A stretch of 64,000 nucleotides of DNA from Cyclobacteriaceae bacterium (GTDB lineage Bacteria > Bacteroidota > Bacteroidia > Cytophagales > Cyclobacteriaceae). A program made the translations under genes and the position numbers. Positions 29,225-38,583 of this stretch are shown one piece after another. The notes beneath the pieces are model-generated. The model searched no databases. It was not told the DNA's origin and worked only from the letters and a program-made list of their open reading frames with translations. Each line of letters begins with the position of its first letter. Within the stretch, counting starts at the first letter, position 1. Location of the stretch: the NCBI GenBank assembly GCA_049840975.1, contig JASGIR010000069.1, forward strand, positions 4,837 through 68,836, written 5' to 3'.

Positions 29225-30456
29225 TAGATCTCTGCAACAACCTGATTTCTCAATAAGTCATCAAGCGTATCTCTCTTCCTAATAAGCTGTGCTTTCCTCT
29301 TCCAGATGAGAACTTCAGCTGGGCGCAATCGTGAATTATAATTGGAAGCCATTGAATATCCGTAGGCTCCCGCATTCTTCAATACAAGTAAATCGCCCTC
29401 TCGGACTTCGTTTAATTTTCTATCCGCTCCAAGTGTATCAGTTTCGCAAATATTCCCAACCACCGTATAAATTTTTTGGTCGCCCGTTGGGTTTGAGATG
29501 TTTACAATTTCATGATACGCATCGTACATCATGGGGCGAATGAGATGATTTAGCCCGCTATCAACTCCAACAAAAGTCACTGAAGGCGTTGTCTTGACTA
29601 CGTTCGCATTTACAAGCAAATAGCCCGACTCACTTACAATGTACTTACCAGGTTCGATCCAAAGCTCAAGTTGACGACCATAGCTTCTACAGAAATCTTT
29701 AAAAGCTTTGCCAAGCTTCAGCCCAAGATCATAAATGTTGGTGACGTGATCACCTTCTTTATAAGCCACCTTGAAGCCGCTACCAAAATCTAAAAATCTC
29801 AGATTCGGAAAATCGCGTGCAACGCCAAAAAGAATCTCAGCCATCTTCAAATAAATTTCGGTCTCCGTAATTTCAGAGCCAGTGTGAATATGAAGCCCAG
29901 CAATATTGATTTTATATTGATCGACTAACTTTTGAATCTCATGAAGTTGAAAAACTGAAATTCCGAATTTCGAATTTTCATGGCCAGTAGAAATCTTATA
30001 GTTGCCACCCGCCATAATATGTGGGTTCAAACGCAAGCAACACGGATAATTGCTTCCATATTTTTTTCCAAATTTTTCGAGTACAGAAAGATTGTCAAGA
30101 TTAATCGCCAGCCCCAATTCCACAGCTTGAACTATTTCGCTAAAGTGAACTCCACTTGGAGTAAACATAATCTCCTCTCCAACAAAACCAGCACCTAACG
30201 CTATCTGTGCTTCTTGAATAGAAACTACGTCAATTCCAGAACCATTAGCCTTTAGCAATTTCAAGATCGAAATGTTAGTGAGTGCCTTCGCTGCATATTT
30301 CACTTTTACCTGATTTTCAGAAAAAGCATTCTTCAAACTCTGCAATTGTGAAACAATCTTTTCTCCATCATAAATGTAGAGTGGAGTCCCAAATTCCTTG
30401 GCCAAAGACTTCAAGTCGATTCCTTGCAGTTCGTATGTTCCGTTCACTAATTCCAT
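29224..30456 (-). CDS. lysA: Diaminopimelate decarboxylase
   Basis: FGTPLYIY, YAAKA, SKFGI, HIHTGS, EPG, GNICETD, GAYGYSMASNYN. Confidence 0.95.
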   Translation of the reverse strand: MELVNGTYELQGIDLKSLAKEFGTPLYIYDGEKIVSQLQSLKNAFSENQVKVKYAAKALTNISILKLLKANGSGIDVVSIQEAQIALGAGFVGEEIMFTPSGVHFSEIVQAVELGLAINLDNLSVLEKFGKKYGSNYPCCLRLNPHIMAGGNYKISTGHENSKFGISVFQLHEIQKLVDQYKINIAGLHIHTGSEITETEIYLKMAEILFGVARDFPNLRFLDFGSGFKVAYKEGDHVTNIYDLGLKLGKAFKDFCRSYGRQLELWIEPGKYIVSESGYLLVNANVVKTTPSVTFVGVDSGLNHLIRPMMYDAYHEIVNISNPTGDQKIYTVVGNICETDTLGADRKLNEVREGDLLVLKNAGAYGYSMASNYNSRLRPAEVLIWKRKAQLIRKRDTLDDLLRNQVVAEI

Positions 30457-30526
30457 GCTAAAAAAATGAAGTCGTAAAGATGAAAATTAATTCGTTGATT
30501 TGTTAGTTGAAATTGATTGACCAAGT

Positions 30527-31285
30527 ATGAATCTATTCTTTCGTCAGTACGGTCAGGGTAAACCACTAGTAATTCTTCATGGCCTTTTGGGTTCTTCTGA
30601 TAATTGGCATACACTAGGCAAGGTATTTTCCGAAAAATTTTCGGTCTTTTTAGTTGATCAGCGTAACCATGGGCAATCACCCCACGCTGATGAAATGAAT
30701 TACAAGGTTCTTACCGAAGATCTTGAAGAGTTTTTAAAACAAAACAAAATAGAGCGAGCCCATCTTATTGGACATTCCATGGGCGGAAAAACAGTGATGA
30801 ATTTTGCTATAAAAAATCCAAAAACTGTTGATCAATTAATCGTGGTCGACATTGTTCCCAAATATTATAAAGTTCATCACGATCGTTTGATCGAAGGAAT
30901 GAAATCAATTCCATTGGATGAAATTAATTCGCGATCTGAAGCTGATGTAATTTTATCAGGCTACGAACCAGATGCATCAGTGCGACAATTTCTATTGAAA
31001 AATTTATCGCGAGATGACAATGGAAAATTTACATGGAGACCCAACCTTCACGCCATTGACGAACATTTAGATGAGATCGGAGCCGCTCTGCAATACAAAG
31101 GAACATTTGACGGTGAGTCGCTCTTTATCAATGGAAAGAAATCGAATTATTTCCGTGAAGGAGATGACGAATTGATTAAGAAAATATTTCCGCGTGCTCA
31201 ATTCACCACTCTGGATACAGGACATTGGGTCCAGGCTGAGAACGCTCAAGCTTTCGCTAAAACCGTTTTTGATTTTTTGAAGTGA
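30527..31285 (+). CDS. Alpha/beta hydrolase, YbfF-like esterase
   Basis: LHGLLGSSDNW, DQRNHGQS, GHSMGG, GHWVQAE. Confidence 0.88.
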   Translation: MNLFFRQYGQGKPLVILHGLLGSSDNWHTLGKVFSEKFSVFLVDQRNHGQSPHADEMNYKVLTEDLEEFLKQNKIERAHLIGHSMGGKTVMNFAIKNPKTVDQLIVVDIVPKYYKVHHDRLIEGMKSIPLDEINSRSEADVILSGYEPDASVRQFLLKNLSRDDNGKFTWRPNLHAIDEHLDEIGAALQYKGTFDGESLFINGKKSNYFREGDDELIKKIFPRAQFTTLDTGHWVQAENAQAFAKTVFDFLK

Positions 31286-31989
31286 GTAGCGGAAAACTTT
31301 TTCTAGTACCAACCGTCATCGCTGACGGAACTGAAAATAAAACCATTCCTCCAATTATTTTTGAATCAATTAAAACCATCCAGCATTTTTTAGTTGAAGA
31401 TGTACGAACAGCAAGAAGATATCTGAGTAGTTTGAAAATTTACAGTAGCATTGAAGAATTGAAATTCAATGTGCTCAATAAAGATACTGAAGAAAAAGAA
31501 CTCAAAGAAATGTTTGAACCCATTTTTTCAGGCAACGACATGGGTATTATCTCAGAATCAGGTTGTCCAGGTGTTGCAGATCCAGGTGCGCTTGCTGTTG
31601 ACTACGCCCACAAAAAAAATATTCAGGTCGTGCCTCTTGTAGGGCCATCGTCAATTCTACTTGCGCTGATGGCTTCAGGATTGAACGGACAGCAATTTGC
31701 ATTTCATGGTTATCTGCCCATCGATCCCAAAGAATGTGCACAGAAAATCAAACAGCTTGAAAAAGAATCTGCACAAAAAGATCAAACCCAAATTTTCATT
31801 GAAACTCCTTATCGCAATAATCAAGTGTTAAAACACCTGCTTGATTCTCTAAGCAACTCAGTTCGTCTTTGTATTGCTCTAGACCTTACAGGCAAAAAAG
31901 AATTTGTGAGAACACAAACAGCAAATGACTGGAAAAAGAATATTCCGAATTTGCCAAAAGAACCATCTGTTTTTTTGTTTTTAGCGTAA
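31282..31989 (+). CDS. Tetrapyrrole-methylase-fold SAM methyltransferase (RsmI-like)
   Basis: SESGCPGVADPG, GPSSILLALMASG, FIETPYRN. Confidence 0.85.
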   Translation: MSSGKLFLVPTVIADGTENKTIPPIIFESIKTIQHFLVEDVRTARRYLSSLKIYSSIEELKFNVLNKDTEEKELKEMFEPIFSGNDMGIISESGCPGVADPGALAVDYAHKKNIQVVPLVGPSSILLALMASGLNGQQFAFHGYLPIDPKECAQKIKQLEKESAQKDQTQIFIETPYRNNQVLKHLLDSLSNSVRLCIALDLTGKKEFVRTQTANDWKKNIPNLPKEPSVFLFLA

Positions 31990-32090
31990 AAGCCTACAGA
32001 CTCAGTAGATTTTAAAATCGACCATGTAAATCGTTAAATAAATACTATTTTTGCCGCTCGAAATTGAAATCAAAATCTTAATAATCAGTT

Positions 32091-33344
32091 ATGCCATATC
32101 TATTCACTTCTGAATCCGTTTCTGAGGGCCATCCCGACAAAGTTGCAGATCAAATTTCCGATGCTCTCATCGACTATTTTTTAGCTTACGACCCCAATTC
32201 TAAGGTAGCCTGCGAAACTCTTGTTACTACAGGACAGGTAGTATTGGCTGGCGAAGTTAAATCAGAAGCTTATTTGGATGTGCAAGACATTGCCCGCGAG
32301 GTGATCAAAAAAATTGGTTACACCAAAAGCGAATACATGTTTGAAGCCAATAGCTGCGGAATTTTTTCAGCTATTCATGAGCAATCATCAGATATCAATC
32401 AGGGAGTTGAGCGCAAGAAAAAGGAAGATCAAGGTGCGGGTGATCAAGGTATGATGTTCGGATACGCTACCAATGAAACCGATAGCTATATGCCGCTTCC
32501 ATTGGAGTTGGCACATTTGCTCCTTCGCGAATTGTCTGTGATTCGCAGAGAAGGAAAAACAATGACTTACCTGCGTCCTGATGCTAAGTCTCAAGTTACA
32601 ATTGAGTATAGCGATGACAATAAACCACAACGCATCGATGCGATTGTGATCTCTACTCAACATGACGACTTCGATAAAGATGCCGTGATGTTGAAAAAAA
32701 TAAAAGACGATGTGATCAATATTTTGGTCCCACGTATAATGAAAAAATTACCGAAACGTGTTCAAAAACTTTTTGGCACTGACATCAAATACCATGTTAA
32801 CCCAACAGGCAAATTCGTAATTGGTGGCCCTCACGGTGATACAGGATTAACAGGAAGAAAAATTATAGTTGATACTTATGGTGGCAAAGGAGCACACGGT
32901 GGTGGTGCTTTTTCTGGTAAGGATCCAAGCAAAGTAGACCGTTCAGCTGCTTATGCTACTCGTCACATTGCGAAGAATATGGTTGCTTCTGGAATTTGTG
33001 ATGAAGTACTTGTTCAAGTTGCTTATGCAATTGGAGTTGCAAAACCAGTAGGCTTGTATGTGAACACCTACGGCACAGCAAAAGTGAAAATGAATGATGG
33101 TGAGATCGCTAAGAAAATTGAGAAAGTGTTTGACATGCGTCCCTATTTTATTGAAGAACGTTTCAATCTTCGTACGCCAATTTATTCTGAGACTGCTGCT
33201 TATGGACACATGGGCCGTGAATCAAAAATTGTAGAGAAAGTATTCAACAAAGGTCAGAAGAATGAGAAGAAAGTTAAAGTTGAGTTGTTCCCTTGGGAAA
33301 AGCTTGATTATGTAGACCAATTGAAGAAAGTTTTCAAAGTTTAA
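32091..33344 (+). CDS. metK: Methionine adenosyltransferase
   Basis: [28 protein letters not shown]; -7 element TATTTTTG at 32046-32053. Confidence 0.98.
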   Translation: MPYLFTSESVSEGHPDKVADQISDALIDYFLAYDPNSKVACETLVTTGQVVLAGEVKSEAYLDVQDIAREVIKKIGYTKSEYMFEANSCGIFSAIHEQSSDINQGVERKKKEDQGAGDQGMMFGYATNETDSYMPLPLELAHLLLRELSVIRREGKTMTYLRPDAKSQVTIEYSDDNKPQRIDAIVISTQHDDFDKDAVMLKKIKDDVINILVPRIMKKLPKRVQKLFGTDIKYHVNPTGKFVIGGPHGDTGLTGRKIIVDTYGGKGAHGGGAFSGKDPSKVDRSAAYATRHIAKNMVASGICDEVLVQVAYAIGVAKPVGLYVNTYGTAKVKMNDGEIAKKIEKVFDMRPYFIEERFNLRTPIYSETAAYGHMGRESKIVEKVFNKGQKNEKKVKVELFPWEKLDYVDQLKKVFKV

Positions 33345-33367
33345 AATCGATCTTAAGGTTGTAAATA

Positions 33368-33394
33368 AAAAAGCCGACTTGAAGTCGGCTTTTT
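33368..33394. terminator. Bidirectional terminator after metK
   Basis: AAAAAGCCGACTT-G-AAGTCGGCTTTTT. Confidence 0.85.
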
Positions 33395-33413
33395 CTTTTT
33401 TATCTTTTTTTAG

Positions 33414-33890
33414 CTATTTCTTTACAACCAAAGTACTGGCTATAATATCGTGCAAGGCTTGCTTTTTTTCGGTGAAAGCTGCAATAATAAAACCAATGCA
33501 CATGACCATCCCCGAAATAATTTTACAAACGTTTCTAATCAATGCCTTAGAGAAATCGAGTTTATTTCCTGAAGCGTCCGTTACAATTATTCCAAGTGCG
33601 AGCTTACCAACAGTCGCTTGATATTTAGAAGACTCCATCAGTGTATAATACAAAACCCAAATAACTGTTGAAGCTATCATTGCTACTCCAACCAATGCTG
33701 CAACTGTTCCTAAAATCGGCAGCAATGTCGATAGATCATCAGAATCAAGGGATTGAGCTTCAGAGGCTACACTAAACCCCATGGCCACCATTATAGGAAC
33801 AATAATCACAGAACGAACAATTCCGATAATGATTCCATCTATTATTAAAGCAAGGAATCTTTGCCAAAAACCAGCGTAGTTGGTATTCAT
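33414..33890 (-). CDS. RDD family membrane protein
   Basis: YAGFWQRFLA.IID, QATVGK, KKQALHDIIA.T.V. Confidence 0.9.
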   Translation of the reverse strand: MNTNYAGFWQRFLALIIDGIIIGIVRSVIIVPIMVAMGFSVASEAQSLDSDDLSTLLPILGTVAALVGVAMIASTVIWVLYYTLMESSKYQATVGKLALGIIVTDASGNKLDFSKALIRNVCKIISGMVMCIGFIIAAFTEKKQALHDIIASTLVVKK

Positions 33891-33893
33891 TAT

Positions 33894-34277
33894 TTAATCC
33901 TTCAGAGGTCCAACATATTTGTAGTTGCCAAAAGCAAGCAACGGATATCCCACAATACCAACAAAAAGTAGCAACAGCGTAAAGCCAACTCCTTGCCCAA
34001 AAGAAAGTGACAGCCTATGAATCAGAATTATCAAGATGATTAAGTTAACAATTGGAATAAGCAAAAGTACTATCCACCACACAGGTTTGTTAACTATCTC
34101 GAGCCAAACAATCAGATTGTAGATAGGGATGATCGCAGCCCATCCAGGCTTGCCTGCCTTTGTGAAAATCTTCCACATACTCACAATGATCAAAACGAGC
34201 ACCGCAAGGTAAATAAATGCAAAAGCGCCAAGCATGGCCATAAGGCCGCCTCCGCCAGAATAATCCATGTCTTCCAT
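33894..34277 (-). CDS. DUF5684-like membrane protein
   Basis: WKIFTKAGKPGWAAIIPIYN. Confidence 0.8.
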   Translation of the reverse strand: MEDMDYSGGGGLMAMLGAFAFIYLAVLVLIIVSMWKIFTKAGKPGWAAIIPIYNLIVWLEIVNKPVWWIVLLLIPIVNLIILIILIHRLSLSFGQGVGFTLLLLFVGIVGYPLLAFGNYKYVGPLKD

Positions 34278-34390
34278 AGTTTAAAGGTTTAGGTTTGGGT
34301 AACTTAATTAGGTACTATTCTAAAATTATCAAAAGTTTTAGTCAATACAAATGAATAGGTTTGACAAATTGCTGGCGCAACCCAATACCT

Positions 34391-34909
34391 ATGAATTCTT
34401 CGCTTCAGAAACTATTTGAAAAATTGGAAAATCAAAGGCAATCATTGCTAGCATTAGTAAGTGGATTGCCCCCCGAAAAACTGAACGCACATCCCGAAAA
34501 TAAATGGTCAATCAATCAAATTATTGCCCATTTGATCACCGCTGAACGAATGTCCGTGCAATACCTAAGAAAGAAAATGTTGGGAGTAGAGCAAGCCAAA
34601 GACAGCGGAATCTGGGAGGAGTTAAAAATGGTTTTGTTGGTTCTTTCTCAGCGGCTTCCCATCAAATATAAAGCTCCAAAAAAGGTAGTCGAGCTTACGG
34701 TTTCAAAAGCAGATCTTTCTCAACTTATCGAAGAGTGGAATGAAGTTCGATCTGAAATGAGAAATATTCTTGAACAAATTGACCATAAACACATCAAGCG
34801 AAAAATTTTCAAACACATTCGAGCTGGAATGCTAAATATTCAGCATGCATTGAAATTTTCTCGTGAACATATTATTCATCACACGCCCCAGATCAAAAGA
34901 TTATTATGA
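34391..34909 (+). CDS. DinB-like family protein
   Basis: WSINQIIAHL..AE and H..HH..QI motifs. Confidence 0.82.
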   Translation: MNSSLQKLFEKLENQRQSLLALVSGLPPEKLNAHPENKWSINQIIAHLITAERMSVQYLRKKMLGVEQAKDSGIWEELKMVLLVLSQRLPIKYKAPKKVVELTVSKADLSQLIEEWNEVRSEMRNILEQIDHKHIKRKIFKHIRAGMLNIQHALKFSREHIIHHTPQIKRLL

Positions 34910-35814
34910 AACATTTGGTGGTCAATATGCTGCTAGTGCTATCCCCGGCTGTAATGTCACAGCAGTTAGATAAACCCAATCCAAAGAAAGATTCAGTTGT
35001 TAAGAAGAATTTAAAATACTATTTCCAACCAATATCTATTAAGCACGCTGAGAAAACTAAAAAAATCGATTTTCAAATTGATACTCGTAACTCCTTCGTA
35101 AAAGACTTTCCAATAAATGTGTATGGATTGAATTTAGGCTTAGTGCTGCACGAACGCTTCCGCATTGGTGTTGGTTATTATTGGATCAATCAGAATTTTA
35201 ACGATAAACTTCTTGGTATTTATGCATCAGATACTATTGGGCACGGCCCGAAAAGAAGAATTATTCCAAATGCAAAAGGGCATGTAATCACTACTGTTCA
35301 TGGAGTGCCTATCCCAGTTTCAAAATTGCAAGATGCTGGCCTCGTCCAAAACAAAGACTATTATGCGGCTTCTCAACAACTAGATCTTTGGTTTGCATCT
35401 CTTGGTTTTATGTACACTTTCTATTCCAGCAGATTGATAGAATTCGCCATACCGATTGAGATTGGTTACGGAAATTTTTCTGAAAGACTTTATGATGTTT
35501 CTGGGAATAATTTCGGATCGCTTGGTGCCAGCCTAAAACCTGGAACAACTCAAGGAAATTTTATTCCAGGTCAAATTGGTTTTGACATGTTAATTAAACC
35601 TCATCGATGGGTTTATTTTGAAGGCTCAATCGGATACCGGCAAACACTGACACAGAACTATACTTCTCAATATCGAGCAACAAGCTTCGATAGCCAGTTT
35701 AATGGTGAGTATTATAACATCGGTGTTAAAGTACAGTTAGGCACAATCTTTAAAGAATGGAAGCACAGAAAAAATGGCAAGGGAGGCAAATCTCAAATCA
35801 CAATTAAGGAGTAA
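34906..35814 (+). CDS. Hypothetical outer-membrane beta-barrel protein; its 3' end is repeat R1
   Basis: Signal-like N-terminus; amphipathic strands (GLNLGLVL, RIGVGYY, FEGSIGYR, YNIGVKVQLG); basic tail. Confidence 0.6.
   Translation: MKHLVVNMLLVLSPAVMSQQLDKPNPKKDSVVKKNLKYYFQPISIKHAEKTKKIDFQIDTRNSFVKDFPINVYGLNLGLVLHERFRIGVGYYWINQNFNDKLLGIYASDTIGHGPKRRIIPNAKGHVITTVHGVPIPVSKLQDAGLVQNKDYYAASQQLDLWFASLGFMYTFYSSRLIEFAIPIEIGYGNFSERLYDVSGNNFGSLGASLKPGTTQGNFIPGQIGFDMLIKPHRWVYFEGSIGYRQTLTQNYTSQYRATSFDSQFNGEYYNIGVKVQLGTIFKEWKHRKNGKGGKSQITIKE
35766..35814 (+). repeat. Direct repeat R1 (in-frame 3' end of the barrel gene)
   Basis: cagaaaaaatggcaagggaggcaaatctcaaatcacaattaaggagtaa = RKNGKGGKSQITIKE*. 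Confidence 0.9.
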
Positions 35815-35824
35815 AATTTGAGAA

Positions 35825-37054
35825 TTAATTATAAATAAATTCTGTTGTTATTGGCAAATCTCCTCCGCTAGTAGTAGTTACTATTTTGGCCTGCCGCGTT
35901 AATGGTAGTCCTTTGACTGAATACGTATATATAAATACCGTTTCTTGATAATCAGATATGTTATCATTTATATATTCGGTCGTTCTTTTTCTAACAATAT
36001 TGTTTACATGACGGTCAGGGAACCATCGATTATACAGGCCTCCAGCAAAGAAAACCAATGGATTCTTCTTTGTATCATGTTCGTATTCATTCTTCAAGTA
36101 CAATTGCTTTAATGTGCCTGTTTGATTAAGTTTATATTTTCTAGTTTCAATCACGTTGCCTAGCTTATCAAAGCTTAACTCAGTAAGAAATAAAATTTGC
36201 GTTTGACCAACCAGGTATCTCGTAATAACTGAGATAAGTCCATTTTGATAGAAGTATTCGCACTCAACTTTATTAGAAGCATTCGTAAAAATAATTTTCT
36301 TCAACTGTCCATTTTCGTAGATATACCGACTAGTATCAGTGGAGAACGTTGAACCCATACTAATAGAATCAATTTGCGCTACTAACTCATCATCCCTATT
36401 TGTGAAATAGTTAATGCTGCCTTTATAAAAAAAACTAGAATTAAATAAGTAATAGGATCTTTCTTGTTGAAGCATCTGGTCATCATAAATAAAAGCTATG
36501 CTATCAGTTACTTTTCCGAGGTAAAAATCCTTAATAGCTATGAGCTTAATAAATGATGCAACCTCAAACCCAAAATTCACATAGCCAAAACTTTCGGGAT
36601 TATCCGTGTCCTTAACAGCAAGAACTTGAGGGGTCACCGTTGCGGTTCCATTTTCCGTAACTGTGAAATCTATCGGAAGGGGGGCGTCTACATATTTCGC
36701 TAACTCAGAACCTTCTAACGGAGTTGCGTAAATAATTTTGTTGCTTGCATCCAGAACCAAAAATTTTGTGAGTTTATAATTGCCAACATTCAGTTGTAGG
36801 TTTTCGCTCAAATAGCCTTGACCAAAACTGAAGAGCGGAAGCTTTTTGTTTTCATAAACCACTTTACTCTGGCTGTCATTGATTGATATTAAAACGTATG
36901 CCGGAAGCTGACTCTCAGACATCTTATCTCCATTCCTTGCCTGCTGTGAAAATGAAAATGAAATATTTCTTGTCGCTGCGATCTTAGTTTCTTCGTGAGA
37001 GCAACTTGTTATTATAGCCATGAATAAGGCAAAGAGAATAGTAAACGGCTTCAT
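35825..37054 (-). CDS. Lipoprotein L1: constant N-module plus variable YD-like C-domain
   Basis: Lipobox IITS-C then SHEE; first 164 codons near-identical to L2. Confidence 0.85.
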   Translation of the reverse strand: MKPFTILFALFMAIITSCSHEETKIAATRNISFSFSQQARNGDKMSESQLPAYVLISINDSQSKVVYENKKLPLFSFGQGYLSENLQLNVGNYKLTKFLVLDASNKIIYATPLEGSELAKYVDAPLPIDFTVTENGTATVTPQVLAVKDTDNPESFGYVNFGFEVASFIKLIAIKDFYLGKVTDSIAFIYDDQMLQQERSYYLFNSSFFYKGSINYFTNRDDELVAQIDSISMGSTFSTDTSRYIYENGQLKKIIFTNASNKVECEYFYQNGLISVITRYLVGQTQILFLTELSFDKLGNVIETRKYKLNQTGTLKQLYLKNEYEHDTKKNPLVFFAGGLYNRWFPDRHVNNIVRKRTTEYINDNISDYQETVFIYTYSVKGLPLTRQAKIVTTTSGGDLPITTEFIYN

Positions 37055-37128
37055 TAGGATTAGTTATTAGAATATTTAGCAGAAAAAATGGCAAGGCTGG
37101 TAAGTCTCAAATCACTATTAAGGAATAA
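36563..37128. repeat. Long direct repeat copy A (L1 constant module, leader and R2)
   Basis: Colinear and near-identical to 37978-38537; both coding parts are 492 nt. Confidence 0.9.
37080..37128 (+). repeat. Direct repeat R2 (orphan allele of the barrel gene 3' end)
   Basis: cagaaaaaatggcaaggctggtaagtctcaaatcactattaaggaataa = RKNGKAGKSQITIKE*; 43/49 identical to R1. Confidence 0.9.
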
Positions 37129-37155
37129 TGAAATGGATTTAACTTTTGTCTGATT

Positions 37156-38469
37156 TCAATAAAATTCATATTGATATTTTCTAACTGTGCCGTCAGGAAA
37201 AGTTGAATAATCCGAACAATTGTTCAAATTATTGGTATGAAAGAACTCCTGCTCAATTAGACCTTGATTGTTAAAAGCGTATTCTATTTGGTTTTGGTTG
37301 CATTGATTTTCAGTCATTTGTTCAACCCCTGATAAAACCATGTAGGAATACCAAGTAAATCCGAAGCTTACGATGTTACCCAACTGAATTGGAAACTCAT
37401 CAGTGCCTAAGGTAAAAGTCGAGGTCGTTGACAAATCAAATGAGTTGGGGTAAACTCTTCTTTTTAGGTCAAAAGTGTACGTCTTGGTCTGCTGTTTCTT
37501 TTTCACATTTGACGTAAATAGATACGTTTCTAGAGTCAACTTGCCAACAGCATTATCATAGTTATATTCAACACGGTAAGATGGTGATTGTGAACCAGCC
37601 GCTGTCGAAATAATTGCGTATCCAGGAATTGTATCAGCGCCAGTATAGAAAAATGTGGTTTGCTTGTCCCAGTTATAACCTTGATCATTAAGTATTTTAG
37701 CTAATCTTCCTTTATCATCATATTGAAATTCACGAGTTGTCTTTTCATTTGAATTGGATACGTATATATGCTTGGAAATTCTACCTTTAACATCATATAA
37801 AAATAAATCACGACTTGTGCTGTCGCATGAATTCCAATTTGGATAGCAATAGTATTCATCAATTTCTATTAGCCGATTGTTTTCGTATTTGTATTCAATA
37901 CTATATTTTAAACTCGTAGCCCCTTGTTTTTCTTCTAAAAGAATCTTTTTTATCAGGCCGTGGTTTGCATTCACTATCTCAAACCCAAAATTCACATAGC
38001 CAAAACTTTCGGGATTATCAGTGTCTTCAACAGCAAGAACTTGTGGGGTCACCGTTGCGGTTCCATTTTCCGTAACTGTGAAATCCATAGGAAGGGGGTC
38101 GTCAACATATTTCGTTAACTCAGAACCTTCTAACGGAGTTGCATAAATAATTTTGTCATTTGAATCAAGAACCAAGAATTTTGTGAGTTTGTAATTTCCA
38201 ACCTTCAGTTGTAGGTCCTCACTCACATACCCTTGTCCAAAACTTAAGAGCGGAAGTTTTTTGTTTTCACAAACCACTTTACTCTGGTTGTCATTGATTG
38301 ATATTAAAACGTATGCCGGAAGTTGACCCTCAGACATCTTATCTCCTTTCCTTGCCTGCTGTGAAAATGAAAATGAAATATTTCTTGTCGCCGCGATCTT
38401 AGTTTCTTCGTGAGAGCAACTTGTTATTATAGCAATGAATAAGGCAAGGAGAATAGTAAACGGCTTCAT
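37156..38469 (-). CDS. Lipoprotein L2: constant N-module plus variable YD-like C-domain
   Basis: Same lipobox and module as L1; C-domain has YDVKGR and YDDKGRL repeats. Confidence 0.85.
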   Translation of the reverse strand: MKPFTILLALFIAIITSCSHEETKIAATRNISFSFSQQARKGDKMSEGQLPAYVLISINDNQSKVVCENKKLPLLSFGQGYVSEDLQLKVGNYKLTKFLVLDSNDKIIYATPLEGSELTKYVDDPLPMDFTVTENGTATVTPQVLAVEDTDNPESFGYVNFGFEIVNANHGLIKKILLEEKQGATSLKYSIEYKYENNRLIEIDEYYCYPNWNSCDSTSRDLFLYDVKGRISKHIYVSNSNEKTTREFQYDDKGRLAKILNDQGYNWDKQTTFFYTGADTIPGYAIISTAAGSQSPSYRVEYNYDNAVGKLTLETYLFTSNVKKKQQTKTYTFDLKRRVYPNSFDLSTTSTFTLGTDEFPIQLGNIVSFGFTWYSYMVLSGVEQMTENQCNQNQIEYAFNNQGLIEQEFFHTNNLNNCSDYSTFPDGTVRKYQYEFY

Positions 38470-38537
38470 GAAGATTAGTTATTAGATATTTAGCTGAAAT
38501 GGCAAGAAATAAATCTCAAATCACTATCAAAGGATGA
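37978..38537. repeat. Long direct repeat copy B (L2 constant module, leader and R3)
   Basis: Matches 36563-37128. Confidence 0.9.
38494..38537 (+). repeat. Direct repeat R3 (more decayed copy)
   Basis: ctgaaatggcaagaaataaatctcaaatcactatcaaaggatga; retains NGK and KSQITIK, with small deletions. Confidence 0.8.
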
Positions 38538-38583
38538 CTTCAGAAACAAATGAATCTTGTTTGTCTCATTCCTCATAATGACC

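Noticed and set aside
31990-32090. SAM riboswitch upstream of metK
   Set aside because: The -7 element ends only 37 nt before the ATG and the leader is A/T-rich with no recognisable SAM-I/II core.
35766-38537. R1-R3 as a CRISPR array or classical attC sites
   Set aside because: Spacing is 1.3-1.4 kb, the repeats are not palindromic, they lack RYYYAAC/GTTRRRY ends, and no cas or intI gene is present.
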